NCBI RefSeq assembly: GCF_009914755.1
Contig: NC_060934.1
Reading direction: 5' to 3' (one strand)
DNA length: 64,000 bases
Origin: the human T2T-CHM13v2.0 reference genome, Homo sapiens
A model generated the notes under the pieces. The model saw nothing but the letters and a program-made list of their open reading frames with translations, was not told where the DNA came from and searched no databases. Shown here in pieces: positions 45,221-61,082 of the stretch. Numbering within the stretch: the first letter of the stretch is position 1; each line of letters begins with the position of its first letter. Made by a program: the position numbers and the translations under genes.

Positions 45221-47356
45221 CATAGCAATGCTGCAAGATGGATATCATTATTCTCATTTTGGGAAAATATGAAGGTATAACTTACTTGCCTGTGAAATAA
45301 TTGAGCAATTGTGGACTGGAAAACAGCTGAAGAGGTGATAAAGTAAGTTGAACAGCCAATCAAATAAATAATGCTAGTTACTGTTTCTCTGTATCTTCAA
45401 TAAAAATTAATCTTTTAAAAAGTTAACATATATAATTATCCACAGTGTACAAAACCTAAACCTACATAGGTGACCATAAATCAACCAAAGCTACAAACAG
45501 TACAAATATTAATAAATATTTCTACCTAAAGTCCAACATACAAAGTAACCCTTTTTTCCTGAATTTAAAGGCATGCTCAGAACTAGCCTACGATTGCTCA
45601 ATCATTTCAAGTTATTTTAAAGCATTAAAATAAGTGTATCTTTGCACTTTTATAAAAATACATTTAAAACATAGCAAAGTGAACAACAAATCAAAAAAGC
45701 AAATTCCCCTCCTGATTAACCTGTGTGCACATACACACACACTGACCACCTGCTTTCTTTTTGATTCAGCTTTTAGTATCACCTTTCTTAGGGCTTGCTA
45801 GTGAATTACAAAGATATATAAAAAGAAAGCAGCCCCAAAACACTTTTATGGCTTGAAATTGGAGTTCAACAACATCTGTGCAATTACGAAGTATATCTTG
45901 TAGGAATAATAGAGCTATGTATCATAAATACATACCAGTAGCCCAATGGTAAAATCATTAACTCTTACTTAATTACTACCCACTCTCTGAAATGCACATG
46001 GTCCAGCTTACAATTAATCATAATTATTCAACCTCACAGCATAGCCCCACACAGCATCCAGAGGATTCGCAAATGTGTGGCTTTCTTATTCATTCTGCCT
46101 ATTATAAGAACAGAAAGAAAATTCAGACACAATGGCACCACAGGAAAAAGGGCAAACAAATTCATTTCCTGTAGAATAAAAAAAAGGTTTAAAACATAGT
46201 TTTCTCGTCCACATTCTCCGGAGATCAGCTTCCAAGATTCTCAGTTTATGGGAGAAACCAACTAGGGTGAATGTGGAGAAACCATTTTGCATCTTTTTCT
46301 AATAACTTTAATTTTTAAACTTGCTTTTTAAAATGATGTTGCATCACAAGCTACGAATTTATCATCTATTGTCAGCAAATCTTTTCCTGAACTAACTTAT
46401 TCAAGATATAAAACTATAGCAAACATTAAGAATGTACTACCTAGGCTATCCTTATAGGAAAAGTTTATAAACAGGGAAACATGAGAACATGTATACTCAT
46501 ACATACATGTGTTTGTATGCTTGATCTAGCTTTCAAAGGCAAACAGCTAAATTCAAGAAAAGAAAAAAAAAGTTTTCCTACTGTAAAAATGTATTCCTTC
46601 TTGGGAAAAGTAATAATATTAAGTCAACCAACATAGAAAAGTAATGTGAGGCCAATGACCTCTCTCCTTTTGCTCCGCTACATGGGATGAAGGACTAAAT
46701 CTCTCAGAGGAAGGACCAGGAACCTGGGAAATTATTTCAGAGTTGGCGCTAAAAAAACAGCTAACCAGAGCAGAAGCTCTGGAAACTAATTGAAAATATC
46801 AAGAAGTTCTCTAACAATGAGTAGTCAGAAGATTAAGGGAAAAAAAGAAATAAAAGCCATAAATTTAAAAGAAACCAAGTCAGACATTAAAATAAGTGTC
46901 CTATTCTAGGGTAACAAGGCTGATTATGAATGATAAACAGTTTATTAACAAGTTATCTCATTGGACCCAGATCATTTCTTTCTTTAAATCATGCAGGCAT
47001 AAACATAACTAAACATAGACATGTATTTTTAAATGTTTTAAATATAAATGTCTACATATATTTAAAAGATTTTAAAGATGTCTAAATGTCTAACACATAT
47101 TTAAAACATTTTTAATACTGGTTGATATTTTTGCTTAACTTTCTAAATAAAAATTAAGTACATTTCCTATTGCCCAAAGTGATCTACAGATCGAATGCAT
47201 CCTTATCTAGACACCAAGGACATTCTTCACAGAAATGGAAAAAAAATCCTAAAATTTATATGAAACCACAAAAGACCTCAAATAGCCAAAGTGACACTAA
47301 ACAAAATAAACGAAGCTAGAGGCATCCCACTACCTGACTTTAAAAAACGCAAAGCA

Positions 47357-47694
<338 letters not shown>

Positions 47695-48516
47695 AAAGCT
47701 ACAGTAACCAAAACAGCATCAGCATGGGAGTGACATAAAAACAGACACATGGACCAAAAGAACAGAAATAAATCCACATACATGTAGCCAACTGATTTTC
47801 AACAAAGGCAAAAAGAACATACATACAGTCTCTTCAACAAACACCACTGAGGAAACAGTGTAACCATGGGCAGCAGAGTGGAAGTAGACCCCTATGTCTC
47901 TCCATATATAAAAATCATCTCTAATGGATTAAAGACTTAAATGTAAGGCCAAAACTCTGAAACTACTACAAACAAACACAGGAAAAAGGCTTCCCGACAT
48001 TGGTCTGGGCAAAGATTTTATGGCTGAGAACTCATGCAACAAAAGCAAAAATAGACAAATAAAATTATATCAGACTAAAAGCTTCTGCACAGCAACAGAA
48101 GCAATGAAAAAAGTGAAGCGACAACTACAGAATGGGAGAAAATATGTGCAAACTATTCATCCACCAAGGGAGTAAAATATACGATATATAAGAAACGCAA
48201 CAGACAAAAACCAAATAATCCAATTTAAAAATGAGAAAATGATCTAAATAGAGAGTTCTCAAAAGAAGACATACAAATGGCCAAGAAACATATGAAAATA
48301 TGTTCAACATCATTATTCATAAGAAAAACGCAAATCAAAACCACACTGTGATGTCATCTCACCCCAGTTAGAATAGCTGTTACCAAAAAGACAAAAAATA
48401 ACAGATGCTGGTGAGGATGTGGAGAAAGGAGAACTCTTCTTGTGCACCCCTGGTGGGAATGCAAATTAGTACAGCAATTATAGAAAACAGAATGAAGTTT
48501 CTTCAAAAAATAAAAA

Positions 48517-48801
<285 letters not shown>

Positions 48802-49115
48802 AGCAGAACAATCATACATCCAGCAACCCCACTGCTGCATATACACCCAATGGAAAAGAAATCAGCACATCAACGAAATATCTGCGTTCCCATGTTCACT
48901 GCGGCCTTATTCACAATAGACAAAATATTGGAATCAATCTAAGTGTCCAGCAACTGATGAACAGGTAAAGAAAACGTGGTCTATACACACAATTGAATAC
49001 TATTCAGGCAACATGAATGACCCTGGAGGACGTTATGTGAAGTGAAATAAGTTAGGTACAGAAAGATAAATACAGCATGTTCTCACTTGTACATGGAAGC
49101 TAAAAAAGTTGATCT

Positions 49116-49418
49116 GGCTGGCTGTGGTGGCTCATGCCTGTAATCCCAGCACTTTTTGGGAGACCAAGGAAGGAGGACTGCTTCAGCCCAGGAGTTTGGG
49201 ACCAACCTGGGCAACACAGGGAGAACCATCTCTACCAAAAAAACAAAAGCCAGGTATGGTGGCATGGGTCTATGGTCTCAGCTACTCAGGACACTGAGGT
49301 GGAAGAAACATATGAGCATGGGAGGTGGAGGCTGCAATGAACCAAGATCACACCACTGCACTCCAGCTTGGGCAACAGAGCACCTGTCTCAAAAAAAAAA
49401 AAAAAAAAATAACTAAAT
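49116..49418 (+). mobile_element. AluJ
   Basis: Alu flanked by aaaaagttgatct. Confidence 0.9.
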
Positions 49419-49433
49419 TAAAAAGTTGATCTT

Positions 49434-49740
49434 GGCCGGGGGCGGTGGCTCACACATGTAATCGTAGCACTTTAGGAGGCCAAGGCGGGGATCTCTTGAG
49501 GTCAGGAGTTCAAAACCAGCCTGGCCAACAAGGTGAACCCCATCTTTACTAAAAATACAAAAAAATTAGCCAGGCATGGTGGCAGACACCTGTAATCCCA
49601 GCTACTCAGGAGGCTGAGGGAGGAGAATCACTTGAACACGGGAGGTGGAGGCTGCAGTGAGCCGAGATCACGCACCATTACACTCCAGCCTGGGCGACAG
49701 AGCAAGACTCTGTCTCAAAAAATAAATAAATAAATAAAAA
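49434..49740 (+). mobile_element. AluSx
   Basis: Alu flanked by taaaaagttgatct. Confidence 0.92.
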
Positions 49741-51492
49741 TAAAAAGTTGATCTCATAGAAGTAGAGAGTAAGCCAGTGCTTACCAGAGACTGGGAAGGG
49801 GAAGGTAGGAAGAGATTGGTTAACAGACACAAAATTACAGCTAGATAGGAAGAATTAAGTTCTAGTGGTCTAAGGCCCTGTAGGGTGAAAACAAATACTA
49901 ATGTATTGTGTATTTTCAAATGGCTGGAAGAGAAAATTTTTAATGTTCCCAATACAAAGAAATGAAAAATGTTTGAAGTGACTGATATACTACTTACCCT
50001 AATTTGACCATTACACATCACTTAAATATCACACCGTATGCCATAAATATGTATAATTTTTGTCAAAAATAATAAAATAATGTTTAAAGTACATTTCAAT
50101 TTGTCTATAGATAACACAGTATTTGGTCCACAAGACCACAACCAAGTGATTATTTCTCAAATTAAAAGCAAAGCACACACAGACTGAAGGCAAGGGAGAC
50201 ATGAGTAGGCAGCCTTCATGGGACTGGCTTCATAAATTTAAACTCACTAAAGGGATGCCTCCTTCAAGGAATAAAGGGCTACACTCTAGGGGCTCAGCCT
50301 AGAGAGATCAAAATTATACATTTATTTTTTTTTACTTTTTTATTTCTCAGATTGGGTTAAAACTGTGAGAGAGAAAACTTTTAAAACCTACAGTTTGTTT
50401 TGAAATTTTAAAAGTAAAACATTTTAAAGTATTAGCTATGGCTTCTCTATACACTGTGGCACTCAACTGTATTCTGATGGAAAAATCACTTTCTTTTAAT
50501 AGAGGACCGTCAAAACTATGACCTTTCTAAACTATAACCACAGGGCTGTTTAAAACATTAAAAACAAAGCACAAATCCTCTACCAGTTCCTCTGAAATTT
50601 GGGCTTCCTAATCTGTATTTAAATTTTTAAGAACTTTAAACATAGCTGTATTTATTAAGTGTTCAACGATTTTCCATTAACAATGACCTACACTCAATTA
50701 ATGAATCCAAATAAAAAAGTCTTTTAACCTAAGACCTCCCAATATCAGAAGATGTGCAAGTCTCCAAGCTCCTTAGAAATTCTTAGTTTGCTTCAAAATA
50801 GTGACTCCCGCAAACACTGAAATAGATTCCTTTTCCAGCATACTTAAAATAGCTTTTCTTAACTCTTGGTGACATCAAGTGACATCTTGTACTGTGAAGT
50901 CAGAATGTAAGAACGCTTCCACAACAGTGGCAAAGTAAGTCACAATTCAGGTAAAAATGAGAAAGTGACATCTCCAAAAACAAAGTAATAGCACTCTGGT
51001 AAACATGCCTATCAATTCATTTTAAAAAAAAAACTGGACCCAAAAAATAATAGACCCAAACTGAACTAATGGTATGTATCAATCAGGAAATAGATGAGCC
51101 ACTTTCAAAACTTCAAATGTCTTCTTAGCTAGGACATCCTTCCTGACTGACTGTTTCCAATAGGATTTCCAAAATATCACACTCTACACATCTAAGATCA
51201 CACCACTTTCCACCCGTTCCACATTCCTGTCTGGCAGAGGCACTGGCTTTTTCCAACCTGCTGGAGTCATGCACACCTCCTCCTCTCTCCTCAGTTACAC
51301 AGGTGACTCCTCAACACTAAGGTAATATTTAAGGTCAACCACAATATGATCCCAGTCTCCTTTCTGGTTTCACTTGGTGCCACTTCCCTAAGGTTTCCTC
51401 TTTGTCCTCAGAGCACAACTCGTGATTCTTAGAAATTAGCTTTCACTCATCCCACAGCCCCTCACTGGATGCTCTAGAGTTCACCAATATAG

Positions 51493-51809
<317 letters not shown>

Positions 51810-51899
51810 CACAGTCCCATAAAGTCTTTACGGTGTAGCTCAACTCCACCTTCTCCTAAAAAATTGTGTTGTTCTCTCTTCAACTACAATGGTGATGCT

Positions 51900-52150
51900 G
51901 ACACTTATGAAGTTTATTGGCATTCAAATATTTATTGAATGAATAAATAGCTTAAATATCCTGCATTTTATTGTATAGAATTATAATGTTATTTGCCAAC
52001 TTTTTTCTTTTTTAATTTTTATTTTACCACCACCACCATGAGATTGGAATACTCCAGCATGGGTAGTCATCTCGTTTCTCACACTGCTGAATCTGTCTGC
52101 TGTGATGCTCACATTGTTATGGAAACAGTAGGTGCTCAAATATTTAATGG
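51900..52150 (+). mobile_element. L2 3'-end fragments
   Basis: cattcaaatatttattgaatgaataaat and acagtaggtgctcaaatattt resemble L2 termini. Confidence 0.55.
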
Positions 52151-53145
52151 AGTCTCAGAATATAAATAGCATTTTAGGATCATCTGGTTTAACTACCAGT
52201 TAAAAATCTTTGAATGTCCTCTACAATATTTCTACTGCTCACCCTTTACCTGAACTCCCTTCCTCCACAGGCAGCCAACCTCAATGTTTGAGAGCTCTGA
52301 CTTCAGGAAACTGTTCCTGACACTGGCTCTCCAGCCTTCTCCCTGATATTGTATAAAATAAGCTTACCTCTCTCTGTTTCTGCATAATATAATAGCAGAA
52401 TGAACCCTTATGAAGGTTCATCCCTTCATGCATTCACTCAACAAATACCTTGAGGCCAGGCACCTGGGATATAAAGAACACACACACCACCACCACCTCC
52501 TCCTCAGAGACCCCACTCTCATGGAGTTAAAAATAAGCATAAAATATAGATATTGTTCAAATAATCACCCATGCCATATATGCCCAGATCATCAACCACT
52601 GGCATGTGGTATAATCTCACCTCCCCTTGGTTATTCTGTGTTCTTGCTCCCAAATGCCACCAATTTATTCAGAAGACATCACCCACCTCCCTGACAACCA
52701 AGATATGACTCCTACTCCTCCACTGGTAGCCAAAGCAGTGAAACCCACGCCCATTTGTGATCCCAGATCCCATTTATAAGGTCCAAATTCACCATTCCTG
52801 GAAACCAAGAGGTTTTTTGTGATGTAGGAAGTGTCTCTCTTCCTCATTCCCCCATCTGAAACAGGAGGACCCATTTTGCAAACAAAACATTTCACAAAAC
52901 CTTAATACATAAAAGAGCTGAAGTCAACATTAGCATAAATTTATCTTTTAATTTGGAATGCATGCCCATTTCTTATTAAAAAGACAATCAAAGGAAACGA
53001 CGAGGCTGTTTGATGAACAAAACAGTAACTGGAAATTGGGATGGAGCATTACATCAACCTTGAAATCCAATTTGTTTCTGCATTTCTGTTCTACTTACAA
53101 AGCATCAGCTTAAACCTCTCACAGATAAATAGATAAAAAGCTCAC

Positions 53146-53265
53146 CTTGCAATTTCAGGATGCTCTTTAATTAAACGGATTCAAAAGCTTGAAAAAGAAG
53201 TGGGAAATTTCTTAGTCAAAAAGTTGAATCACTAACAATGAACCAGCTCTCATTTTTTATGAAAA
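53146..53265 (-). other. Candidate non-coding exon (120 nt; an alternative acceptor gives 42 nt)
   Basis: Minus strand: ttgtttctcctgcAG acceptor and AAG|GTGAGC donor; stops in all three frames. Confidence 0.25.
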
Positions 53266-53627
53266 CTGCAGGAGAAACAAGCACCCATTCCTTAGAATAG
53301 GCCAATAAAGAAAAAAGAAAAACCACATATGCACAAAAAAATACATCTTGCCACATTTTGCTACATGTGTTCTTTCATTATTACACAAGTGAAGCATCTA
53401 CAACTTCCCTGGCACTTAACTAAGCCTGGTGTACAAGTGCAATTGCCACATACAAAAATGGTACACATTTACCAGAGTGGGCCAGGGTGAAAACCCAACC
53501 TTCCCCAGTAACAGTACATTGGAGAAACCTTTGAACAGAGATGGCAGGAGATGCCAGCTCTAGTCTAAGGTTTGCGCAGAAAAAGATTTCATCTGGCAGG
53601 ACACATGAAAGAATCAGTAGTTTCCAC

Positions 53628-53955
53628 TTTTTTTGTTGTTTGTTTTTTGTTTTTGTTTTTTTGGGGGTTTTTTTTGTTGTTGTTTTGGGGGTTTCTTTGA
53701 GGGGAGGGAAGAGTCTCTGTCACCCAGGCTCACTGAAACTCCACCTCCCAGGTTTAAGTGGCTCTCGTGTTTCAGCCTTCTGATTAGCTGGGATTACAGG
53801 TATGTGCCACCACGCCCGGCTAATTTTTGTATTTTTAGTAGAGACAGGGTTTTGCCACATTGGCCAGGCTGGTCTCAAACTCCTGACCTCAAGTGATCCA
53901 CCCACGCTCGGCCTCCCAAGGTGCCGGTTGTACAGGCAAGCCACCGCGCCCGGCC
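53628..53955 (-). mobile_element. AluS with degenerate GT-rich tail
   Basis: Antisense Alu; TSD tagtttcca. Confidence 0.9.
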
Positions 53956-56158
53956 TAGTTTCCAACTTTTAACACTGGAACATGACGTATTTGTACATTC
54001 CTAGCATTTCAAGAACACGCCTGGAAACCCCTAAGACAGAACCCAAACCCCACAGTTTACTGCACAAACTGAAAGAAAGAGCACTGCTACCTTGACACCT
54101 TTTAAAAAAATCACTACACTGATTATTTACACACTACACTTTCTAAAGGAGCATGGATATTGTTATTGTTCTCTACAAGTTTTTATAACAAACTACTTCA
54201 ATAAACACAAATGCAATTACATCATGTGCAGATTTTACAATTTTTTAAATGTCAGATTCTTTTCTTATTAAACCAACTTCATAGTACCAAAACTGAAAAA
54301 AGATTGTGTATCCAAACATTATTTCACATAAAATGTATTTTGATAAAGTAAATTCCCAAACCATGGTGCTCAGAGGTTGTAACAGTCCATGTAAGTTGAA
54401 GAAAAAGAGTTATCAATCAATACGTGACTATCAATCATTTATTTAATCATTATTTAGTTTTCACATATCTTAAAATTCAGTAGAAGAACCAGCACTCATA
54501 AAGGTGGCCATTCCTATACCTGCCATCGATTACATTATTTTACTTAAATCAAGCTTATATTACATCTGACAACATTCCTTGTTAAAGAATAGAATTCCTT
54601 AAACAGGGCAATATTACACATCTATTAGAAATATGCAGAAAAAAAGATAATTATAAAACTCAATTTGGAAAACATTCCAGGAACATAAGTCCAAGATCAT
54701 CATTTATTCTGAAGAAACGAATTTGTTCAGATTTATACATTTTGCATGTATTTGATATAAATATTAATTCTGAATTTTCAGACTGAAGCTGGTTTAAATT
54801 AAAACTCAAAGCCTCAAGATACCATAAATTAACATACAAAGGGACATCAGATAAGCAAATTATTTGTTTCCTTCTCTGAAATTTCTAAAAATAATACATT
54901 AGAACTTTCATCTAAAAAGCTGGCCATTTCAATTGTTAGAAAAGCACAGGTTCAAAAATATTTGTCACAAGAGAAGTTATTCCCTCCTTGATGGTTGGGG
55001 GAGAAAGTCATTTCAGTGATAAAAATGAGTTTGTATTTGTAAGCAAGATTATCAATTCCAGTTAGGCCCCATCAGGCTACATGGAAACACTGAATAAATT
55101 ACGGTTGAATGAATTTCTTGGACAAACTTCAGCCAGTCATTTTCAGTTTCTTCACAAAAACAAGAAGCTTTTGGGAAAACAAGATAATTTTGTTAGGAGA
55201 AAATCTAAGGCCGAACAGTAATAGAGGTGTCTACAGGAATCAAACTGTTCAATGACTTACATTGCCTGAGTTGGTTTTCTTTTTTTCTTTTTTTTTTTTT
55301 TTTTTAGTACACAGGCCATATTCCATATTAATATTATTTCTTATAATCCTCCTGAAGTAATCACTATGAAGAGTGTAAAGTGGGTCTTTTCAGGACCTTT
55401 TTCCCCATGTGTGTCTTTTTTTCCTGACAAATGGACTGTGGTGTTTTCCTCTCCTGGCCCCTCAGCCATGTATAAGAGCTGTAAGAGTGTACAGGTCACA
55501 TGTGAAACTTCAGTGTTTCTGGCCCCTGAAGGCAGAGTAAGAAAAGTGATGAAATTGCAAAAATCCACCCTAAGAGTGCTCTACAAAGACACACAAAAGC
55601 ATATGGGAATATAAGCTGGGCTTCGACAGTCGAAAGTGAAAAATGATACTTTCACGGCTGTGTCATTAACACATACAAGAGAAGCCCAGGAACACCACCG
55701 AAGGCTGTTCCCACCCATGAAGGACCTGCATTTCTCCATGTCTGACACCTATTTATAGCAGACATGATTTCTGCAGACAAGTATTTATGCACATTAGATA
55801 TGCATTATTTAATGGTACTACTACACCAAAATGGGAATTTTCTACGAATCTTTGAATAGGCCCTCAAACTCTCCTTCCCTTCAATAATTACGTTCAGTTT
55901 TAAATAACTTAAATCTTCAACTTTAATTGAAAACAAAGCATCTCTATTTAAAACCTCTGGATCAGAGTGTTTTACTGTCTTAATAAAACAAGTGACTGAA
56001 AGGAAGACTAAGAGAGACTTCCTATAGTTAACCAAGAAGAGTTGAAAAAGCTTTAACTAGGTACATCTCAGCAAAAGTAACAAACCAATCCACTCTTGAA
56101 CCCCCTAAACCCCAGCTCCACCCACTCCAGACAGACCTGTTTAACAATGTCAGTGCAG

Positions 56159-56455
<297 letters not shown>

Positions 56456-58000
56456 GTCAGCGCGCATGCAGCTGTCCTTGCTCTGCTGGTCCCAGGCACC
56501 AGCTGCCTGGTCTCTAGGAACAACACGTGATTGTGTGCACACGGCTCCTATTCCACATGGTTTTTTGTTGATGTTTCCCATTATCTGCCAAGGAGACTCT
56601 AGAATCCTTCAGTGAAGAACTGCGTTTCATGACTGCATGCGTCTCCCACGCTAATATCTGTGACCTTGTTCTAAGCAGGAAAAGGTGTGTAACAAGTTAA
56701 ACGGCCCTTTCTGCTGGGAAGGTAGCAGTTGGAATAGAAGCAGCAGCTTTGACCTATCAAGCATGATGTTTTGACCCTCATCCCACAGCTGTGAGGAAAG
56801 AACTTATTGAAAGAAAACTAGGTAAAAAAAACCACAACGAAAAGGATCTGTTGTGACTAAGGGCAGTCTTTTCAGACAAATCGATTTCTGCTCAAAGCCA
56901 CAGAATCAGAATAAACAGTCCCTGTTCATGTACCCAGAGCAGAAACAGTGAGCCGTGTCACTTCAGGGTCGGGTGAGGCCTCTGAGATGTCACAGATCCT
57001 TGGTGCACTCAGCGGCTGATGTAGCCAGTAAGACCCAATGTCAGGCACTGAGCCCAGAAGCCACCAGGAGGAGGACAGGCCTTCATTCAACTGGCTCCTC
57101 TGGGCCTCCCTACAGACAGGAGGATGATGGTGGAGAGGACAGGAGGCTGACACTGTGCCCTGCACAGGCCCCTCTGCAACGCAGATCCCCAAGAAACCCC
57201 ACAGTGCCAGCTGCTCAGCCCGCTCTGATGTCAACCAGGTGAGGGCTGTCGGGGCTGCGTCCTCCAGGGCCCACGTCCCACTGCAGCAAGACAAGGCCCC
57301 AGACAAGCTCTGAGAAAGCCTCCCATGCAACCCAGGTCACACTGCTGGGGAACCGGCTTCTCAGGGCTCAGGCCAGGGGTATGGGTCACCAGACCTCAAC
57401 AAGCACATGTCAACAGCTCTGAGCCCTGGGCTGCAAAGACATACAAGAGCTAAGAAAGGTGACCTCTCACGGAGCCCTCAGCCCTGGACAAGCTCAACTG
57501 CTCAGCTTCCACAGGGACCTTCTTCCATATAACTGATTTGGGGGCATAAAAACCATGTTAACAGTCCCCAATGTTGTCAAGGATCTATAAGACAGAGTCA
57601 AAAACTGAGTGTGCCTGTAGATTCTGAGGCCACAGCCTATTCTTTCAGGTTCTGACTGCAGCAGGAAAAGCTTTAAAATGTGCTTTCTAAGCAAGTTAAG
57701 ACTTTACAGTTCTCATGGAGGCTCCTGGAACTCCTATGAGTACAGTCGGCAGCAATTACTTTGTGAAATCAGAAAGGAGCTTAAACAATACACTTACTGA
57801 GCACCAACTATGAACCTGGCAAATTTCTTGGTGTAAATCTGGGCTGCTGGTGAGACCCAACTCAGGGAAAGCCCATCTCCAGGTGCAGAAGCACAGCAGG
57901 TGCCTGCGCTGGTGGTGGGCTTGGGGACTCCACACACAGGTGGTTTTAGTCCATGCACTCAAGTTGACACAACGTAGCTAGAAAAGTACAAGCTCGGTCA

Positions 58001-58388
<388 letters not shown>

Positions 58389-59482
58389 AAGTCAACTTCA
58401 CCAGAGCCCCATCTTAATGTGGGGACAGGTTCTTAAGTCTAACTCAAAAGAGATGCCGAGACCTTGCCTAATCAATATTCTATCTCAAAATATCTTCAAA
58501 CTGCCCAGTAGTAAACAGATTGCTATTGTTTTGGTCCCCTCAAAGATGAAGTAGCTGGCTTGTGTTCAAGGGTCATAAAAGACCACTCCCTCTTCCCCAA
58601 AAAGAAAGGAGGACCTGTAAACATTGGAATTACATTCAATGCAGCAAGATGCTGACCCTGGACAGCCAGGAGTTGGGACCAAGAGAAGAGCAGACTCACA
58701 CCTCCATTTAATGCTCATTCTCTCACGCGTTCATGGAGTGGAATGGAAGGTACACTAGCAGCCCTTTTCAAGTCACTCACTGTCCCTGTGTGTGTACACT
58801 TTCTCTCTCCCCCCTCCTCTCTGTGTGTGAAGTGTCTTATCTGTTTCTCTCTCTCTCTTTCTTTCTTTCTGACTCTCATCCCCTCTCTGTGTGGGAATAC
58901 AGCTTGTTCTTTTTCACTTTCTTTTTGGGGAGGCCAAGGGATGGAAAGGAAGACAAAGAGAACAAACAATGTAATTGGACATTATTCTGTGATTAACTCA
59001 TAACTCTACATTTTGGCATTACATAATCTCTGAAACCACTCACAGGGCATATATTATATCTGTTATGACTAAAATGTAAAATAAAGAAGAAAATGCTGAC
59101 TGCTTTGAGAGCCCTAACTCATATTTGGATGCAAACATCTGAAAATTAGCCAAGGAACTGACAAAACACACAAGAAGAACATGGTTATGACACTCAAATC
59201 TAACACAGTTGCACATACTATAATTTCAGGGCAAGCTTTCAAAAAACACTCCCTTCCTTCTAACTGCAGCCAAAGATATGAGTGATGGAATGTGCACATC
59301 CAAAGTGAAATGTCATAACCACCACGACCCACACCTAGGCACATGCATAAGCCCAGGCGATCGTGTTCCAGACTTTCTAGGCTCAGAGGATGACACGTCA
59401 TCTTCGCCTGGCTATATTTTTATAAGACTCCACTTTCAAAGCCAAATATTCTTTTGAATTATATTGATCTGAGATACCCATC

Positions 59483-59787
59483 TTTTTTTTTTTTTTGGAG
59501 ATGGGGTCTTATTCTATCACTGAGGTTAGAGTGCAGTGGCACAAACACAGCTCACTGCAGCCCTGCAGCCTTGACCTCCTTGGCTCAGGGGATCCTCCTG
59601 CCTTAGCCTCCCAAGTAGCTGGGACCACAGGCATGTGCCACCACAACAAGATAATTTTCAATTTTTGTTTTAAACAGAGATGGGATCTCACTTTGTTGCT
59701 CAGGCTTGAACTCCTGAGCTCAAGCAATTCTCCTGCCATGACCTCCCGAAGTGCTGGGATTACAGGCATGAGCCACCGTGCCCAGCT
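59483..59787 (-). mobile_element. AluJ
   Basis: Antisense Alu; TSD cccatct. Confidence 0.9.
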
Positions 59788-59794
59788 GCCCATC

Positions 59795-60276
59795 TATTAT
59801 GAACTGAATTGTGTTCCCCTCTCCCGACAAAAAAATATGTGAAGTCCTAAACTCCAGTATGTCAGAATGTGACCTTACTTGGAGATCGGATCTTTATTGG
59901 ATTAATTAAGTTAAAATGAGGTCATTAGGGTGAGCCCTAATCCGAGATGACTAACGTCCTTATAAAAAGGGGAAGTGTGAACACAGAGGCAGACAAGACG
60001 CAAAGGGAAGATGCTGTGCAGACACACAGGGAGAAGGCCAGGTGAAGGTGCAGGGCTGGACTGATGCACCTGCAAGGCCAGGAACACCTGGGCTTCCGAA
60101 GCCAGGAACAGGCATGGAGCAGGTTCTTCTCTAGAGCCTTTGGGGAGGGGGGTGTGACCCTGCCAAAGCCTTGATGCCAGAATTCCAGCCTCCAGAACTG
60201 TGAGACAATGAGTTTCTGTGTGTCAAGCCATCCAGTTCTTGGTACTTTGTTATGACGTCCCTTCAAAACTAACAGA
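59795..60276 (+). mobile_element. MLT1C-like solo LTR
   Basis: MLT1 text (aatgaggtcattagggtgagccctaatcc..ccagaactgtgagac); TSD CCATC / CCATA. Confidence 0.88.
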
Positions 60277-60871
60277 CCATACATAAGCCCTCTGACTGAA
60301 ATAGTTTAAAGTGTTATGTGGGAAGATTACTGATTCCAGGAAGAAATGATGGGCAGAGGTGGGTACACACAGGTTGCCTCATCAGCTTCATGAAGAGTCC
60401 AAAGTTGCTGCAAGCCCTCTTGGTGGACAGAGTCTGCTTTCTGCTCTAAAGCCCAGGCAGAAGAGGTGCTGAGTTTACACGTTGTGCCCTAATCTGCCCC
60501 ACTCTCCTGGGATTTGCACAGCCATGATGAAGGAACCAATTCACAATAAATGCAGGATGTTCACCCATGCTACGTGGGAATACTTTCCAAACTCTGGCAA
60601 CTTCTCTCCCCAAATTATTCCCTTTTCCTGTTGAGAGATACTGCACAGGAGCTTAGACAAGATTTTCATTTAGTAATAACGGGATGGGATGATCCATCCA
60701 CAAGAAATAAGCTCAAGCACATACTCTGCTGTGTCTTTACTACAGAGTATTCAAGTAGTCAAATGCCAGGGACCAGTGACTCTGTGTACATATTAAGTAA
60801 AACCTGATTGGGAAATCTCTAATACGTCCATTCAGTCAACATTTATTGAATTCCTGCTACAATTTAGGTGA

Positions 60872-61082
60872 AGGCTCAGCACATGCTTCTGTAAAGGGCC
60901 ACAGAGTATGGATTTTAGGCTTTGCAGGCAATATATCCTCTGTCCCAAGAATCGCCAATGCTCAATGCTGTCCCAGTGAGAAGCAGCTGCAGTCGGTACA
61001 GAAACGAGTGGGTGTGGCTGTGCTCCAATAACAGAGCTGCACTTGGCCTTAGCCGTTGGGGAGATAAGGCAGCCCTGCCCTG
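60872..61082. mobile_element. MER58A (hAT-Charlie MITE)
   Basis: ttctgtaaagggcca..attttaggctttgcagg..gggtgtggctgtgctccaataa. Confidence 0.8.

Noticed and set aside
45960-46190. Two strong minus-strand splice-acceptor-like tracts
   Set aside because: No good matching donor; such tracts are common on a T-rich intronic strand.
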